A DNA stretch of 54,851 bases from Rhizomicrobium sp. (GTDB lineage Bacteria > Pseudomonadota > Alphaproteobacteria > Micropepsales > Micropepsaceae). Positions 18,298 to 29,443 of this stretch are shown piece after piece (the stretch's first letter is position 1; every line of letters starts with the position of its first letter). A model generated the notes under the pieces. That model was not told the origin of the DNA. It saw only the letters and a list, made by a program, of their open reading frames with translations, and searched no databases. The stretch covers positions 1-54,851 of the forward strand of contig DASXXW010000097.1 of NCBI GenBank assembly GCA_036502865.1, in the 5' to 3' direction. Both the position numbers and the translations under genes were made by a program.

Positions 18298-20064
18298 TTG
18301 GCGATGATGCAGGCGGCGCCCTTCGTACTTCTTGATTGCGCAAATTCGGACGGGAGCGATTTGCTTCTGTTCGAACAGCCGTGTGAAATCATTCAAGCGG
18401 AAAGCGCGGAAGACGTCTCAGACGCTTTCGCGCGGCTGCAGAAGGCCCGCGATGACGGCTTTCATCTCGCGGGCTTCTTTTCTTATGAACTCGGCTATCT
18501 GCTCCAGCCGCGCCTGAGGCCGCTTTATCGGCGTATTTTTGACAGCGGTCTCCCGCTGCTATGGTTCGGTGTGTTCGATCCACCGCGCAAACTCGCGCGC
18601 GCGGCGATCCGCAGCCGGTGCCGCGCCTATGCCGGGCCGCTGAAGCATGGCTGGGATGCAGAGGACTATGGCGTTGGTTTTGCACGCGTTCAGCGTTACA
18701 TCCGCGATGGCGATATCTATCAGGCCAATCTCACCTTCCGTTCATATTTCAATTTCGCCGGCGATCCATTCGCGCTTTGGCTCGGTTTGCGCGATACAGC
18801 CTCTGTGCGGCATGGTGCCTATATCGATACGGGCGAACGCCAGATCCTGAGCCTGTCGCCCGAACTTCATTTTTCCATCACCCCGGACGGCGAAATGGAA
18901 TGCCGTCCCATGAAAGGAACCGCGCCGCGCGGGGACGATCCGCATACGGACGAAGAGCGCCGCCGTGCTCTGAGGGCAAGTCCCAAGGAACTCGCTGAAA
19001 ATCTCATGATTGTCGATCTCATGCGCAACGACATGGGACGCGTCGCGGAGACCGGCAGCGTGTGCGTGCCCGAGTTGTTCCGTGTCGAAACCTATCCGAG
19101 CCTGCACACGTTGATTTCGGTCGTGAAAGCGAAGCTCCGGCGCGACGTCGGCATCCTGGAACTGATGAAAGCGCTGTTTCCCTGCGGCTCGGTTACGGGC
19201 GCGCCAAAACTCCGCGCCATGGAGATCATCCGCGAACAGGAGTTTACCCCGCGCGGCATCTATTGCGGTAGCATCGGGCATTTCGCGCCGGACGGCTCGG
19301 CCTCGTTCAACGTCGCCATTCGCACCATGATGATTGAAGGGGATCGCGGTGTCCTGGGGCTCGGCGGGGGCGTCGTGCAGGATTCCGCGGCCGAATCCGA
19401 ATATGCCGAATGCCTGCTCAAGGCACAGTTTTTCGAACGAAACCGCAAGCCGCTCCATCTGATCGAGACGCTGCGCTATTCGGGCTCCTTCATCGATCTG
19501 GATCGGCATCTCGCGCGCATGAGAAAATCCGAGAGAGAGTTCTTTTGGTTTCCGTACAACGAGCTTTCGGCACGCGACGCGCTTGCTGCCGCGGTGAGCA
19601 GTAGCGAGGGCGATTTGCGCGTTCGCTTGGTGCTGAACGAATCGGCGAGGTTTGTTGCGCATGCAGAACAGCTTCCGCCCAATCCCGCCTGCTGGAAATT
19701 TGTTCTTTCGCCTGAATCTGTCGACAGCGGTGATCTTTTTCTGCGTCACAAGACGGACTGGCGCGAAATGTACGAAGGGGAGAGCATGCGCGTGGCGCGT
19801 GACGGCATCGACGAAGTGATTTTTCTAAACGAGCGCGGCGAACTTACCGAAGGGAGCCGGACAAACCTGTTTCTTCGCAAGAACGGCAGGCTCGTCACGC
19901 CGCCGCTGGAATGCGGGCTATTGAACGGCGTGCTGCGCAGTAAATTGATTGATAGCGGCGAGTGCACCGAGGAAATTCTTTATCCGGCGGACCTTCAAAC
20001 AGCCGAGGAGATATTTCTGGGTAATTCTCTGCGCGGCCTGATCCCGGCCATTCTGGTGAAATAG
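18298..20064 (+). CDS. pabB: Aminodeoxychorismate synthase component I fused to a class IV aminotransferase (ADC lyase-like) domain
   Basis: GDIYQANLT, PMKGT, AENLMIVDLMRND, FPCGSVTGAPK, FNVAIRT; C-terminal HKT, ELTEGSRTN, GNSLRG. Confidence 0.92.
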   Translation: MAMMQAAPFVLLDCANSDGSDLLLFEQPCEIIQAESAEDVSDAFARLQKARDDGFHLAGFFSYELGYLLQPRLRPLYRRIFDSGLPLLWFGVFDPPRKLARAAIRSRCRAYAGPLKHGWDAEDYGVGFARVQRYIRDGDIYQANLTFRSYFNFAGDPFALWLGLRDTASVRHGAYIDTGERQILSLSPELHFSITPDGEMECRPMKGTAPRGDDPHTDEERRRALRASPKELAENLMIVDLMRNDMGRVAETGSVCVPELFRVETYPSLHTLISVVKAKLRRDVGILELMKALFPCGSVTGAPKLRAMEIIREQEFTPRGIYCGSIGHFAPDGSASFNVAIRTMMIEGDRGVLGLGGGVVQDSAAESEYAECLLKAQFFERNRKPLHLIETLRYSGSFIDLDRHLARMRKSEREFFWFPYNELSARDALAAAVSSSEGDLRVRLVLNESARFVAHAEQLPPNPACWKFVLSPESVDSGDLFLRHKTDWREMYEGESMRVARDGIDEVIFLNERGELTEGSRTNLFLRKNGRLVTPPLECGLLNGVLRSKLIDSGECTEEILYPADLQTAEEIFLGNSLRGLIPAILVK

Positions 20065-20168
20065 GCCGGCATGTCTGCTTGCGCGGGTCGGATAGCTCTC
20101 GCACACTCTGCAAAATGATTCGGTTCCGGCGTCAAATGGTATGTGAGCGCCGATAAATCGAGGCGGTC

Positions 20169-21239
20169 ATGCCGGCCAGGACAGGAAATCGCCTGCTCAA
20201 GACCGGCCTTTTCATCGTCATGTGGGTCGCCGCGCTCGAAGTTCTGACCCGGCTTTTTATGGTTTCGCCGAGCAATGTCGTACCCGATCCCGCGCTCGGT
20301 TATATGTATGCGCCCAACAGCACGGTGCGGATTGAAAGCGCGGATGCCGGGTTCCGTCGCGCGAGTTTCAACGCGCTGGGTCTGAACGATTGGCCCTTGC
20401 GGGCCGATGATCATCGGCCGCGCGTCCTCGTTTTGGGCGATTCCTATGTGGAAGCGCTGCAGGTCGACCGCCCGGAAAATTTCATAGGGATTCTCGGTCG
20501 CGAGCGGCCGGCTCTGCGCTTCGTCAACGGCGGACGGTCGGGTCTCGATCCCGTCACCGAATATCTGATGCTTCGCAAGCTTGCGCCGCTGGTGAATCCG
20601 GCTGCAATCATCATGGTCGAAAACCTGGGAGATCGCACCGATCTGCTGGCCGATGGAATTACCATCGAACGCTGCAGGAATTCCAACGAAATTTGCAACT
20701 ATCATTCAAAACCCGTGCCCGAGATCAGCCGTACGGGTCTGGTCGGTCTGGCGCGCGAATCTGCCCTTGTCACTTTCGTCGCGCGGCGGCTGGAAGAACC
20801 GGTGCGTCAATTCCTCGCCGGCATTCGACAATGGCGCTCGCGACCCGCCGTATTCGCTGAATCGTCTCCACCGGGAGAGCGGTACACGGATGGCGATTTC
20901 GAACCGCTTCTTGCCTGCATCTTCCGCAACATTGCCAGTCATTACAAACTCATCATTGCCGCCGTACCCGACACCGATTTCGAGCCTGCGGGTAAAAGCG
21001 AGATCCCGGATGGGGGAAAATTCCAACGCGATGTCGAACGGGCAGCGAATGCGGTGGGCGCCGGTTATTTCGATGCGGCCCCAGTACTCGAAACTCTGTA
21101 TCGGCAGACGGGACAGCCGCCGCGCGGTTTCGCCTTCAGCCAGCCGGGACACGGCCATCTCAATGCCGACGGACATGCTGCACTCGCGCATGGTCTTGAA
21201 AACCAGATCGATGCGCTTGGTTTGAAGGTCGCAAGATGA
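20169..21239 (+). CDS. Membrane-anchored SGNH/GDSL protein (AlgJ/AlgX-like acetyltransferase partner)
   Basis: N-terminal TM, VLGDSY block I, GHLNADGH block V; coupled to the MBOAT gene. Confidence 0.75.
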   Translation: MPARTGNRLLKTGLFIVMWVAALEVLTRLFMVSPSNVVPDPALGYMYAPNSTVRIESADAGFRRASFNALGLNDWPLRADDHRPRVLVLGDSYVEALQVDRPENFIGILGRERPALRFVNGGRSGLDPVTEYLMLRKLAPLVNPAAIIMVENLGDRTDLLADGITIERCRNSNEICNYHSKPVPEISRTGLVGLARESALVTFVARRLEEPVRQFLAGIRQWRSRPAVFAESSPPGERYTDGDFEPLLACIFRNIASHYKLIIAAVPDTDFEPAGKSEIPDGGKFQRDVERAANAVGAGYFDAAPVLETLYRQTGQPPRGFAFSQPGHGHLNADGHAALAHGLENQIDALGLKVAR

Positions 21240-22645
21240 TCTTCACCTCGCTGCCATTCGTCATCTTTTTCTCACTTCTCTATGTGCTGCTTTTCGCGAT
21301 CCGCAACGACATTGCCCGGCGCTGGATCCTCCTGCTGGCAAGCTTTTTCTTCTACGGATATTGGAACCCCTGGTATTTGTTGTTGATCTGGGCCGTGACC
21401 GGATGGTCATGGCTGCTCGGTCTTTACATCTCCGCGGCTCCGACGCCGCGCAGGAAGAAACGGGGTGTTGCAATTGGCGTGACGCTGTCGCTGTTGGCGC
21501 TGGCGATCTTCAAATATACCGGTTTCTTCGCCGATAATGTTTCGGCCGTCTTTGGCTGGCGAATGCCGGCGTTCCTGCACGACATTGTGCTGCCGGTCGG
21601 CATCTCCTTCTACACATTCCATTCGATCAGTTATTACGTCGATGTTTATCGAGGGCAGGTCGCGCCGGCGCGCAGCCTTCGCGACTATGCGCTTTATATC
21701 GCGTTCTTCCCGCAACTCGTTGCCGGTCCGATTGTCAGGGCATCGCAATTTCTGCCGCAGCTTCTGCGCCCCATCGCTTTGACGCGGGCCGGATTTGTCG
21801 CCGGCATCCGGCTTGTCCTCGCCGGCGCCGTGCAGAAATTGCTGCTCGCCGATCAGGTCAGCCCCTTTGTGGATCAGGTCTACGCCCACCCGGCGCTCTA
21901 TTCCGGCGCAACGGAATGGCTCGCCGCCGTGGCTTACGCCATGCAGATTTTCGGAGATTTTTCCGGCTACACGCTGATGGCTATAGGCCTCGCGCGGATC
22001 CTGGGATTCGAACTGCCCGAGAATTTCCGTATGCCCTATATCTCCGCCTCGATCGTGGAGTTCTGGCGGCGGTGGCATATCACGCTGTCATTCTTCCTGC
22101 GCGACTATCTCTACATTTCGCTCGGAGGCAATCGCAGCGGCTTCCTTCGCACGCAGGCCAATGTGTTTGTTACAATGGTACTCGGCGGACTGTGGCATGG
22201 CGCGAGCTGGAATTTCGTAGTGTGGGGTTTCCTGCATGGTACCGCGATCGTCTGGAATCATGTCTGGAAGCTTTGGCCCGCCCCCATTCTTGGCCGCTTT
22301 GCCCTCTGGCGAATGTTCCGCTGGCCGGTCTGCTGGACGCTCACATTCCTGTTCGTGACACTGGCCTGGATCCCGTTCCGGGCGGTGCATTTCGATACGA
22401 CTCTGCTTCTGCTGCAGCGTATGTTCACTCTTGCCGATGGCGTGCGCTGGTATCACACGCCGACGCTCTTCACGCTTGCGGGATTCGTGCTTTGGCACAT
22501 TGCCTATCTGAATAATTTACGGCTTAACCTCCGGCACTGTGTGGATGAATATTGGGTATATGCGACGGAAGTCGCGTCGCTGGTCACATTGCTCGTGATG
22601 TTTGCTCCGCTGGAAACGTCGCCCTTTATCTATTTCCAGTTCTGA
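21236..22645 (+). CDS. MBOAT family O-acyltransferase (AlgI/DltB-like)
   Basis: LPVGISFYTF, FFPQLVAGPI, DFSGY, FWRRWHITLS, GLWHG, FIYFQF C-terminus. Confidence 0.95.
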   Translation: MIFTSLPFVIFFSLLYVLLFAIRNDIARRWILLLASFFFYGYWNPWYLLLIWAVTGWSWLLGLYISAAPTPRRKKRGVAIGVTLSLLALAIFKYTGFFADNVSAVFGWRMPAFLHDIVLPVGISFYTFHSISYYVDVYRGQVAPARSLRDYALYIAFFPQLVAGPIVRASQFLPQLLRPIALTRAGFVAGIRLVLAGAVQKLLLADQVSPFVDQVYAHPALYSGATEWLAAVAYAMQIFGDFSGYTLMAIGLARILGFELPENFRMPYISASIVEFWRRWHITLSFFLRDYLYISLGGNRSGFLRTQANVFVTMVLGGLWHGASWNFVVWGFLHGTAIVWNHVWKLWPAPILGRFALWRMFRWPVCWTLTFLFVTLAWIPFRAVHFDTTLLLLQRMFTLADGVRWYHTPTLFTLAGFVLWHIAYLNNLRLNLRHCVDEYWVYATEVASLVTLLVMFAPLETSPFIYFQF

Positions 22646-23767
22646 TCAGCGTTGGGCCGCCGACTTCCAGGCTGCGCCGAGGATCGGCATGACGGCGCTG
22701 TGTACATAACGCGATTTCACCGCATCGCGGGACGCATTTCCGATTCGAACGCGAAGCGCTGCGTCGGAAACAAGTTGCGCGACGGCCTGGGCAAGTGCGG
22801 CCGTATCTTTCGCCGGCACAATTGGTGCGCCCGTGCCTTCGATGATTTCCGGGATGGCGCCGACCGGCGTGACGATCGGGGCTAGACCCAGCGCCATGGC
22901 TTCGACAAGCGCATTTGGAAAACCCTCCGCCCGCGAAGGCAAAAGAAATATCTGCGCCCGGCGCATCGCATCGAGAAGCTGTGTATGGCTGAGAAAACCT
23001 TCGGATGTGGCAGACTCTCCCAGCCCGGCTTTCGACAGTTTCTGGTCGAGTTCGGGACTCGCGGCCGCGATGTGTAAAGCGGCGATCGTTCCGCCGGCAC
23101 GCAGCAGGCGCATCGCTTCCATGATATCGTCGAAGCCTTTGCGCACGGCTTCGGAGCCCGCAGCAAAGAAACAAACAGGCAGCGCGCCGGTATCCATCCG
23201 TTCGGCCGCAACAAGCGAGTCGGGCACGGAATTCGGCAGCACTACGATGTCTTCCGTGCGCCCGAGTGTTTCAACCGTTTGCCGCCAATATTGCGATTGC
23301 ACGATGAGACGGTCCGGCCAGAGCAACACGCGGCGGATCGCGGCGCGCGCGCGCGCGGAGGAGACCGAATAAAAATGATCGAAGGCGCCGCCGAGCCGCA
23401 TCAACACCGGTATGCGAAAGCTGCGAGCGATACGTACGTAGAGCGAGCATTCCCAGAACACCTGGAAATCGGAAGATTGGATCTGCACGACATCCGGCCG
23501 CTTCACGAGAAGCACCAGAGGAAAGATCGCAATATGCCAAAGCGTGATCAAAGCACCGGCCAACAGCCGGCCAACTCCGCCTTTGAAGATCGCGCCATAG
23601 CCGTAATTGTCGGTCACATTGCGCTTGGGCGGCCGCGCGATGTTGAAGCGGACGATCTCATATTCCGCGGCGAGCGATGAATTCGCCACATTGTTCATGA
23701 AGGTGGTGACGCCGCCCGTGGTCCATTTCCACGGACCGACGAGCATCACTCGCGGCTTACGCCGCAT
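22646..23767 (-). CDS. Glycosyltransferase family 4
   Basis: PSRAEGFPNALVEAMALG (Ex7E). Confidence 0.92.
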   Translation of the reverse strand: MRRKPRVMLVGPWKWTTGGVTTFMNNVANSSLAAEYEIVRFNIARPPKRNVTDNYGYGAIFKGGVGRLLAGALITLWHIAIFPLVLLVKRPDVVQIQSSDFQVFWECSLYVRIARSFRIPVLMRLGGAFDHFYSVSSARARAAIRRVLLWPDRLIVQSQYWRQTVETLGRTEDIVVLPNSVPDSLVAAERMDTGALPVCFFAAGSEAVRKGFDDIMEAMRLLRAGGTIAALHIAAASPELDQKLSKAGLGESATSEGFLSHTQLLDAMRRAQIFLLPSRAEGFPNALVEAMALGLAPIVTPVGAIPEIIEGTGAPIVPAKDTAALAQAVAQLVSDAALRVRIGNASRDAVKSRYVHSAVMPILGAAWKSAAQR

Positions 23768-25655
23768 CGGCGAGAGAATTGGCGTCGAGGCCGTTCTGGC
23801 TGCACCAATGTTCGAACATCAGAAGCGCCCACAGCGCCCCGTCCCAGGCGCGCGTGCCGCGCTCATGCTCTGCAAGTATCTGTTCGATGGCGGGCTTTGC
23901 GATGATCCGCGCGCTCGCCGATCGCGGCGATGAAATCCGGCTCCGCACATGTCCGGCGAGATCGCCCCGGAACCAGCGCTGGAGCGGCACGACGAAGCCC
24001 TGTTTGCGCCGTGCGAGAAAATCCTCCGGGAAATAGGGAGCGATGGCTTTGCGAAGAATATATTTCTGCTTGCCGCCCGGAAGTTTCGTGGAGAACTTTG
24101 TGCGGTTCAGCAATTCCACCAGCCGGTGATCGAGGAACGGCGCACGCACCTCCAGCGAATGCGCCATGCTCATGCGATCGACTTTGTGCAGCATATCGTC
24201 GGGCAGGCTCACGGTTTGTTGCCAGAGCGCGATGGCGCCGAGCGGGTCTGCGACATCGGCAAAAAGCGGAGCAAACAATTTGCGGTCGGCATCCGCACCG
24301 GCCGCTGCTACAAGCGCCGGCGCTATGCCGCACAGAAAATCGCGCCGGAACACCGTCTGCTGCTTGGCGATGAAGCGTTCTGCAGCCGGCAAGCCCGCAT
24401 CCTCGATATTGCGTGCGAGTTTCAGTCTTCGCCGTCCATCGCCCAGTGGCGCGCTCGCGCGCAAGCCCGCTGCGGCGAGATGACGGAGGGGCGATGGCAG
24501 GGCGCGCACGCGCTCGCTCAGGCCATGACTGCGATACACATCATAGCCCGCGAAAATCTCATCGCCACCATCGCCCGAAAGCGCCACTGTTACATGCCGG
24601 CGTGTCATCTCCGACAGAAACCAGGTCGGCAGCGCGGCCTGATCTGCGAAAGGCTCGTCGGCATGCCAGGCGATGGCGTCGAGCATGTCGAGATTTTGGG
24701 GCGTTACGACGAATTCGTGATGGCGCGTGCCGAAACGCTCGGCGACGAAGCGCGCATAAGGCCGCTCATCCAGCGCAGGATCGTCGAACCCGATGGAAAA
24801 GGTCTCAAGTCCGACCGAAGCCTGTTCGGCGGCGAGCGCAACGATGGCGCTGGAATCGACGCCGCCGGAAAGGAAAAAGCCGAGCGGCACATCGGCTATC
24901 ATTTTGAGCTTTACGGACTCGCGCAGAATGGACAGCGATCGCTTCGTTACATCTTCGACATCGCCGAGTTCTTCCGCCGGCACGGGCGGGCTCCACCATT
25001 TGCGCGTTTGCAAGCCATCGTCGCGCGAGAATGTCAGGAGCTGGCCGGGAGCCAGGCGGCGCACGCCGGAATAGATGGAGCGTTCGCCCGCGACATAGCC
25101 AAGCGTGAAATAGGAATAGAGCGCCAGCGGATCGATCTCGCGTCCCACAGCGCCGCCGGCCTTGAGCGCTTTCAGCTCGGACGCGAGCCATAAGGCCTTC
25201 GGCGTTTCGATATAATAAAGCGGCTTCTCGCCGAAACGGTCCCGCGCCGCTGTGAGAACGCCGCGGCGCGCGTCGTAAACGGTGAGCGCAAACATGCCGT
25301 CGAGCCGGTCGAGACAGTCCGCACCCCATTGACGCCAGGCCGCCAGGAGCACTTCCGTATCGGAATGCTCGCGGAATATATGGCCGAGTGTTTCAAGCTC
25401 GCGCCGCAATTCGAGGTAATTATAAATCTCGCCATTATGCGCGAGCCACAGGCTGCCATCGGCGCTCGCCATGGGTTGTTTGCCGCCGGACAGGTCAATG
25501 ATCGAAAGCCGGCGATGGCGGATGGCGACCGGACCGATATTCCGCACGCCATATTCATCGGGACCGCGATGGGCGATGGCGCGGTCCATCGCGTCGAGCG
25601 CGGCCGGCTCGATCGGGCCGGAGCTTTTGGAATAACCGACGATAAAACCGCACAT
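23757..25655 (-). CDS. asnB: Asparagine synthase (glutamine-hydrolysing)-like amidotransferase, copy 1
   Basis: MCG Ntn start, HRGPD, RLSIID, NGEIYN, LSGGVDSS, GDGGDE, VDRMSMAHSLEVRAPFLD. Confidence 0.92.
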   Translation of the reverse strand: MCGFIVGYSKSSGPIEPAALDAMDRAIAHRGPDEYGVRNIGPVAIRHRRLSIIDLSGGKQPMASADGSLWLAHNGEIYNYLELRRELETLGHIFREHSDTEVLLAAWRQWGADCLDRLDGMFALTVYDARRGVLTAARDRFGEKPLYYIETPKALWLASELKALKAGGAVGREIDPLALYSYFTLGYVAGERSIYSGVRRLAPGQLLTFSRDDGLQTRKWWSPPVPAEELGDVEDVTKRSLSILRESVKLKMIADVPLGFFLSGGVDSSAIVALAAEQASVGLETFSIGFDDPALDERPYARFVAERFGTRHHEFVVTPQNLDMLDAIAWHADEPFADQAALPTWFLSEMTRRHVTVALSGDGGDEIFAGYDVYRSHGLSERVRALPSPLRHLAAAGLRASAPLGDGRRRLKLARNIEDAGLPAAERFIAKQQTVFRRDFLCGIAPALVAAAGADADRKLFAPLFADVADPLGAIALWQQTVSLPDDMLHKVDRMSMAHSLEVRAPFLDHRLVELLNRTKFSTKLPGGKQKYILRKAIAPYFPEDFLARRKQGFVVPLQRWFRGDLAGHVRSRISSPRSASARIIAKPAIEQILAEHERGTRAWDGALWALLMFEHWCSQNGLDANSLADAA

Positions 25656-25679
25656 GATCCGACCTTGCCGCCCTCCGAA

Positions 25680-26834
25680 TCAGTTGCGGGATATTTTACC
25701 CGCCGCGATGCCGGCGCGCATCGGCGCCCGATCTGCAGCAGTCAGGTTGCGATACAGCGCGGCATAGGAGGCGGTCATGCGCTCAAGGCCGAATGTCTCT
25801 TCGATCCGGCGCCGCCCCGCTTCTCCCATCCGGCCCGCGAGTGTCGCATCGTCGAGCAGGTTTGCCAGCCGGCTGCACAGAGCTTCCATGTCGCGGCCCG
25901 CAATGAGATAGCCCGTTTCCCCTTCGACGATCAGTTCATTATTCCCGCCGCAATCGGTGGCCACCACGGGTTTGCCCAGCGCCATATATTCCATGATGGC
26001 GTTGGAAATGCCTTCGCCATGCGTCTCGACATTCGAGGTGAGAACGCCGGCGGATAAAATATTGACGATGCTTTCCACATCCGTGCGGCGCCCCAGGAGC
26101 CGGATGCGAGGGAAGCGGTCCGCCGGAAATCTCGCTTCATAATCTGCGAACTGTGGGCCCGCGCCGATGGCGACGAAGGTCACATCGCTTCGCGCCGTGC
26201 AAAGCTTCTGCGCCGCTTCGAAATAGGTGTCGTAGTCTTTGAAGCGGGAAAACGACGCCACCATGCCCACAATATGCGGCGTGTCGATTCCGAGGGACTG
26301 GCGCATCTGTTCCGGCGCGATGAGCTGGCCGATGCGCGCGGGATCGAAGCCGTTATAGATGCACACGCCTTTGTGCGCCGGTATGGCATAGGCCGAAAGG
26401 CCCGCGCGGGAATTGGCCACAACAATGTCGGTCAGCGGCAGCGTGAAACGGGAGCGGAAATAATCCGGATCGCGAAGATCACGATTGGCCGCCGCCGCAC
26501 GCACGAACCCGTCGATAAATCTGGCGCCGCCCAGTCTGGCCAGTGGCGCCGCATAAACGGAGCACATGCTGTTCCAGGATTGAACGATATCGGGGCGGAA
26601 GGCGCGCATGACCGCATGCAACCGCGAAAAGATGGACAAATCGTAGCGTTTGCTGCGCGGTAGCACCGTGGCGGGCACGCCGAGCCGATGAAACTCCTCA
26701 TATTCGATCACGTCCGACATCACCACCGCGTGGCAGGCAATGTCCGGCTCGCGCTTCAGACCTTTGAGCAGCTCCACGAATTGGCGCTCCTTGCCGCCTC
26801 CCACCAGCGAATCGATGACATGGAGCACGCGCAT
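25680..26834 (-). CDS. Glycosyltransferase family 4
   Basis: MRVLHVIDSLVGGGKE, EGISNAIMEYMALG; start trimmed to the ATG at 26834. Confidence 0.92.
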   Translation of the reverse strand: MRVLHVIDSLVGGGKERQFVELLKGLKREPDIACHAVVMSDVIEYEEFHRLGVPATVLPRSKRYDLSIFSRLHAVMRAFRPDIVQSWNSMCSVYAAPLARLGGARFIDGFVRAAAANRDLRDPDYFRSRFTLPLTDIVVANSRAGLSAYAIPAHKGVCIYNGFDPARIGQLIAPEQMRQSLGIDTPHIVGMVASFSRFKDYDTYFEAAQKLCTARSDVTFVAIGAGPQFADYEARFPADRFPRIRLLGRRTDVESIVNILSAGVLTSNVETHGEGISNAIMEYMALGKPVVATDCGGNNELIVEGETGYLIAGRDMEALCSRLANLLDDATLAGRMGEAGRRRIEETFGLERMTASYAALYRNLTAADRAPMRAGIAAGKISRN

Positions 26835-26836
26835 CG

Positions 26837-27976
26837 TCAGGCGCTTCCGGCCGCGCGCGTCAGCGGCCGCACAGCCTCGACGAATGATCGCATGATGGCT
26901 TCCGGCGCGTGGTGCTGCGCAACGTAATCGCGGCACTTCCGTGCCAACGCCTCATAATCCGCCGGCACCATGTCATGGATTTCGCGGATGCAGCCGGGGA
27001 GGCGATCATCGATTTCCGCCACGCGTCCAAGCCCGTTATTGGCGATGATGGAATCGGGGTCGACGCCCTGGCGGGTGATGACGGGCGTGCCCGCCGCAAA
27101 CGCTTCCAGAAACGTGTTGGAAAAGCCCTCATAATGGGAGGTGCAAAGAAGCGCGATGGCGCCGGAAAGAAACTCCGCCACATCCGCGCGGTTCAAATAG
27201 CCGACGAAACGGACATTGGGCAGCCCGCGCAAACTCTCGAGGCCGCTCGCCGTTTCGGCATCCATGTCCGCAGCGGGCATTCCCGCGACATGGAATGGGA
27301 TATCCGGCGAAGCTTTCGCGACTTCGAACAGGAGCGGCACATTCTTCGGCTTCCGGAATACGCCGAGCCACGCCACGTAATTTCTGGTGGCGCGTGGGCG
27401 CGGTTCCGAACCGTCGGGCGGCAGTTGAAATATGTTGGGCTGGACATGCAGCCGCGCGGAAGGATGGCTGCGGCGCACCTGCTCCGATTGATAGGAATTC
27501 TGGCAGATGATGAGATCGGCGTTGCGTAGGCCATAGGCATAGGCGAGGCGTGCATAGCCGGGCATCCCGATACGTGACCGCGCATCGACATCGGCGTCGC
27601 TGGCGACTCGGAAGACAAATGGAACACCGAGCCGCCGCGCAATGAAGGCCGCAATACCCGTCTCGATCGCGCGCGTCGATTGAATGATTACATCGGGGCG
27701 CCAGGCGCGCGCGGCCCCATACATCGAAGGAATATGCGAATAGCCATATTTGAGAATGCGGATTCCGGCTTTCGGGTCGTGGCTTTCCAACAGCTCGCAG
27801 ACCGATTGCGGGCCGGTAAATGCATTCGCGCCTTTCCAGGTGATGACGCCGCTTTGATGGCCGAGAGCTGTGAGTCCTAGGAGCCATTGCCTGAGCTGCA
27901 CCGCCCAGCCGCCGACGGGAAATTCGCTATCGCGCAAGAGATAAGGGAGCGTGAAATCGATGAAGAGCAATCTCAT
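26837..27976 (-). CDS. Glycosyltransferase family 4
   Basis: TSHYEGFSNTFLEAFAAG. Confidence 0.92.
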   Translation of the reverse strand: MRLLFIDFTLPYLLRDSEFPVGGWAVQLRQWLLGLTALGHQSGVITWKGANAFTGPQSVCELLESHDPKAGIRILKYGYSHIPSMYGAARAWRPDVIIQSTRAIETGIAAFIARRLGVPFVFRVASDADVDARSRIGMPGYARLAYAYGLRNADLIICQNSYQSEQVRRSHPSARLHVQPNIFQLPPDGSEPRPRATRNYVAWLGVFRKPKNVPLLFEVAKASPDIPFHVAGMPAADMDAETASGLESLRGLPNVRFVGYLNRADVAEFLSGAIALLCTSHYEGFSNTFLEAFAAGTPVITRQGVDPDSIIANNGLGRVAEIDDRLPGCIREIHDMVPADYEALARKCRDYVAQHHAPEAIMRSFVEAVRPLTRAAGSA

Positions 27977-27985
27977 CGGCGCCGG

Positions 27986-29395
27986 TCAGGCGTGTGCTTC
28001 CGCCGTCGGCGCGGCCTGCGCGGGCGACGCTTTCGGCGCAGTGTGGGGTGGCTGTCCATGTTCCAGCGACCGCAGCCTGAGCCGCGCTACGTTGATGAAT
28101 GCCGCGAGGATCGGAAACATCAGCAGATTTTCCGGTTCGGGAAAGTAACGTCGGCCGGTAAATCCAGAGATCAGGAATGAGGCCACGCAGAGAAAGAATA
28201 CCCAGTAAAGTTCCGTGCGCAACTGGCGCCCGAGCTTGTAGCTCCATGTCAGCCACCAGACCAGCACGCACATGAACAGCGAGAAGACCACGATTCCGTT
28301 GTCGAGGAAAAATTCCAGATAGAAATTATGCGCTTCGCCCGCTCCAAATATCGAACGTGCGGAGAAAAGGAAATTGCTGGACAGCACGCCGAACAGGCCC
28401 GCCCCCATCCAGAAGCGGTAGGGATCCGTGGTCCATTCCGCAATCAGAGGCAACCAGATCGCCTGTTCGCGGCCGGACAGCAATGCATATGTTGAAATGC
28501 CCGATTGGGTTATTCCAATGGAAAGAAGCCCGATCAACACTTTCCCCATGACGGCAATGGCCACGCCGGCAATAAGCGGCGCCAGCGCAAAGAGCGTCTT
28601 CGTCTGACCGAGAACAATAAGCGTAAGCACACCCATCGCAGCACAGGTAAAGATTCCCGTACGGGATTTCAGGAGCAGCACGGCCCCGAGCGCCAGGAGA
28701 AGATTGAGGACCCAGAACGAGCCGCGTTTGAGCGCCATGTAAAGTAGCAGCGGAGTCGTTATGATGTAGATTGTGCTCACGCCGTTATAATGCATGCCGA
28801 GGGAACTCTCTACGAGCGCATTCACGGCGCCGCGCATGGGGTCCGTATCCATGATGACTGCCGGATGGCTCATCATCAGTATGATGATCGTGCAGGAGAG
28901 AATGAATAATCCGAGGGATATGGCGCTGATCGTGGCCTGCAAGCCGTCGCGGCTGCACATGCGCTGAAGAATGTAGAAGAAAGAAAACGCCAGAAGCATC
29001 GGCAGCACATAGTAGGACTGCCAATATTCCATCTGGCCCGCCTGAAACGACTCCGGCAGCAGTCCGTGGAACCTCTCAACATTTGGCAGAGAGCGGAGAA
29101 AATTGACCGTGAAGAGGGTGATGTAGCCGCCGAAGGCGATCAATGCGCCTTTTTGCAGGCGGTCGGTGACCTTCCAGGTCAGTCCATTGTTCATGAAAGC
29201 GAAAAAGGACAGGACCGCCAGGACATTGGGTAGTTTGAGGCCGGAAACATCGAAAAGCCGCGCAGCCATTGGCGGCGAGGCGATCAACGGCATGGTGACA
29301 ATCAACAGCGGCAGCAACAGCGAGGTTTCGACGGCCGGACTGGCCCGTCTTGGCCGCGATAGTGTTGTGGCCGATGATCCGTCAGCGACCGCCAC
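27986..29395 (-). CDS. O-antigen ligase/Wzy-like polysaccharide polymerase
   Basis: Many TM helices; KSRTG, SGRxxIW, GAG, AHNFYLE...NGIV Wzy_C-type motifs. Confidence 0.75.
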   Translation of the reverse strand: MAVADGSSATTLSRPRRASPAVETSLLLPLLIVTMPLIASPPMAARLFDVSGLKLPNVLAVLSFFAFMNNGLTWKVTDRLQKGALIAFGGYITLFTVNFLRSLPNVERFHGLLPESFQAGQMEYWQSYYVLPMLLAFSFFYILQRMCSRDGLQATISAISLGLFILSCTIIILMMSHPAVIMDTDPMRGAVNALVESSLGMHYNGVSTIYIITTPLLLYMALKRGSFWVLNLLLALGAVLLLKSRTGIFTCAAMGVLTLIVLGQTKTLFALAPLIAGVAIAVMGKVLIGLLSIGITQSGISTYALLSGREQAIWLPLIAEWTTDPYRFWMGAGLFGVLSSNFLFSARSIFGAGEAHNFYLEFFLDNGIVVFSLFMCVLVWWLTWSYKLGRQLRTELYWVFFLCVASFLISGFTGRRYFPEPENLLMFPILAAFINVARLRLRSLEHGQPPHTAPKASPAQAAPTAEAHA

Positions 29396-29443
29396 GGTTA
29401 CTTCTCCGCACGGAAACGATTCGATCCGAAAATTCTAGCCGGT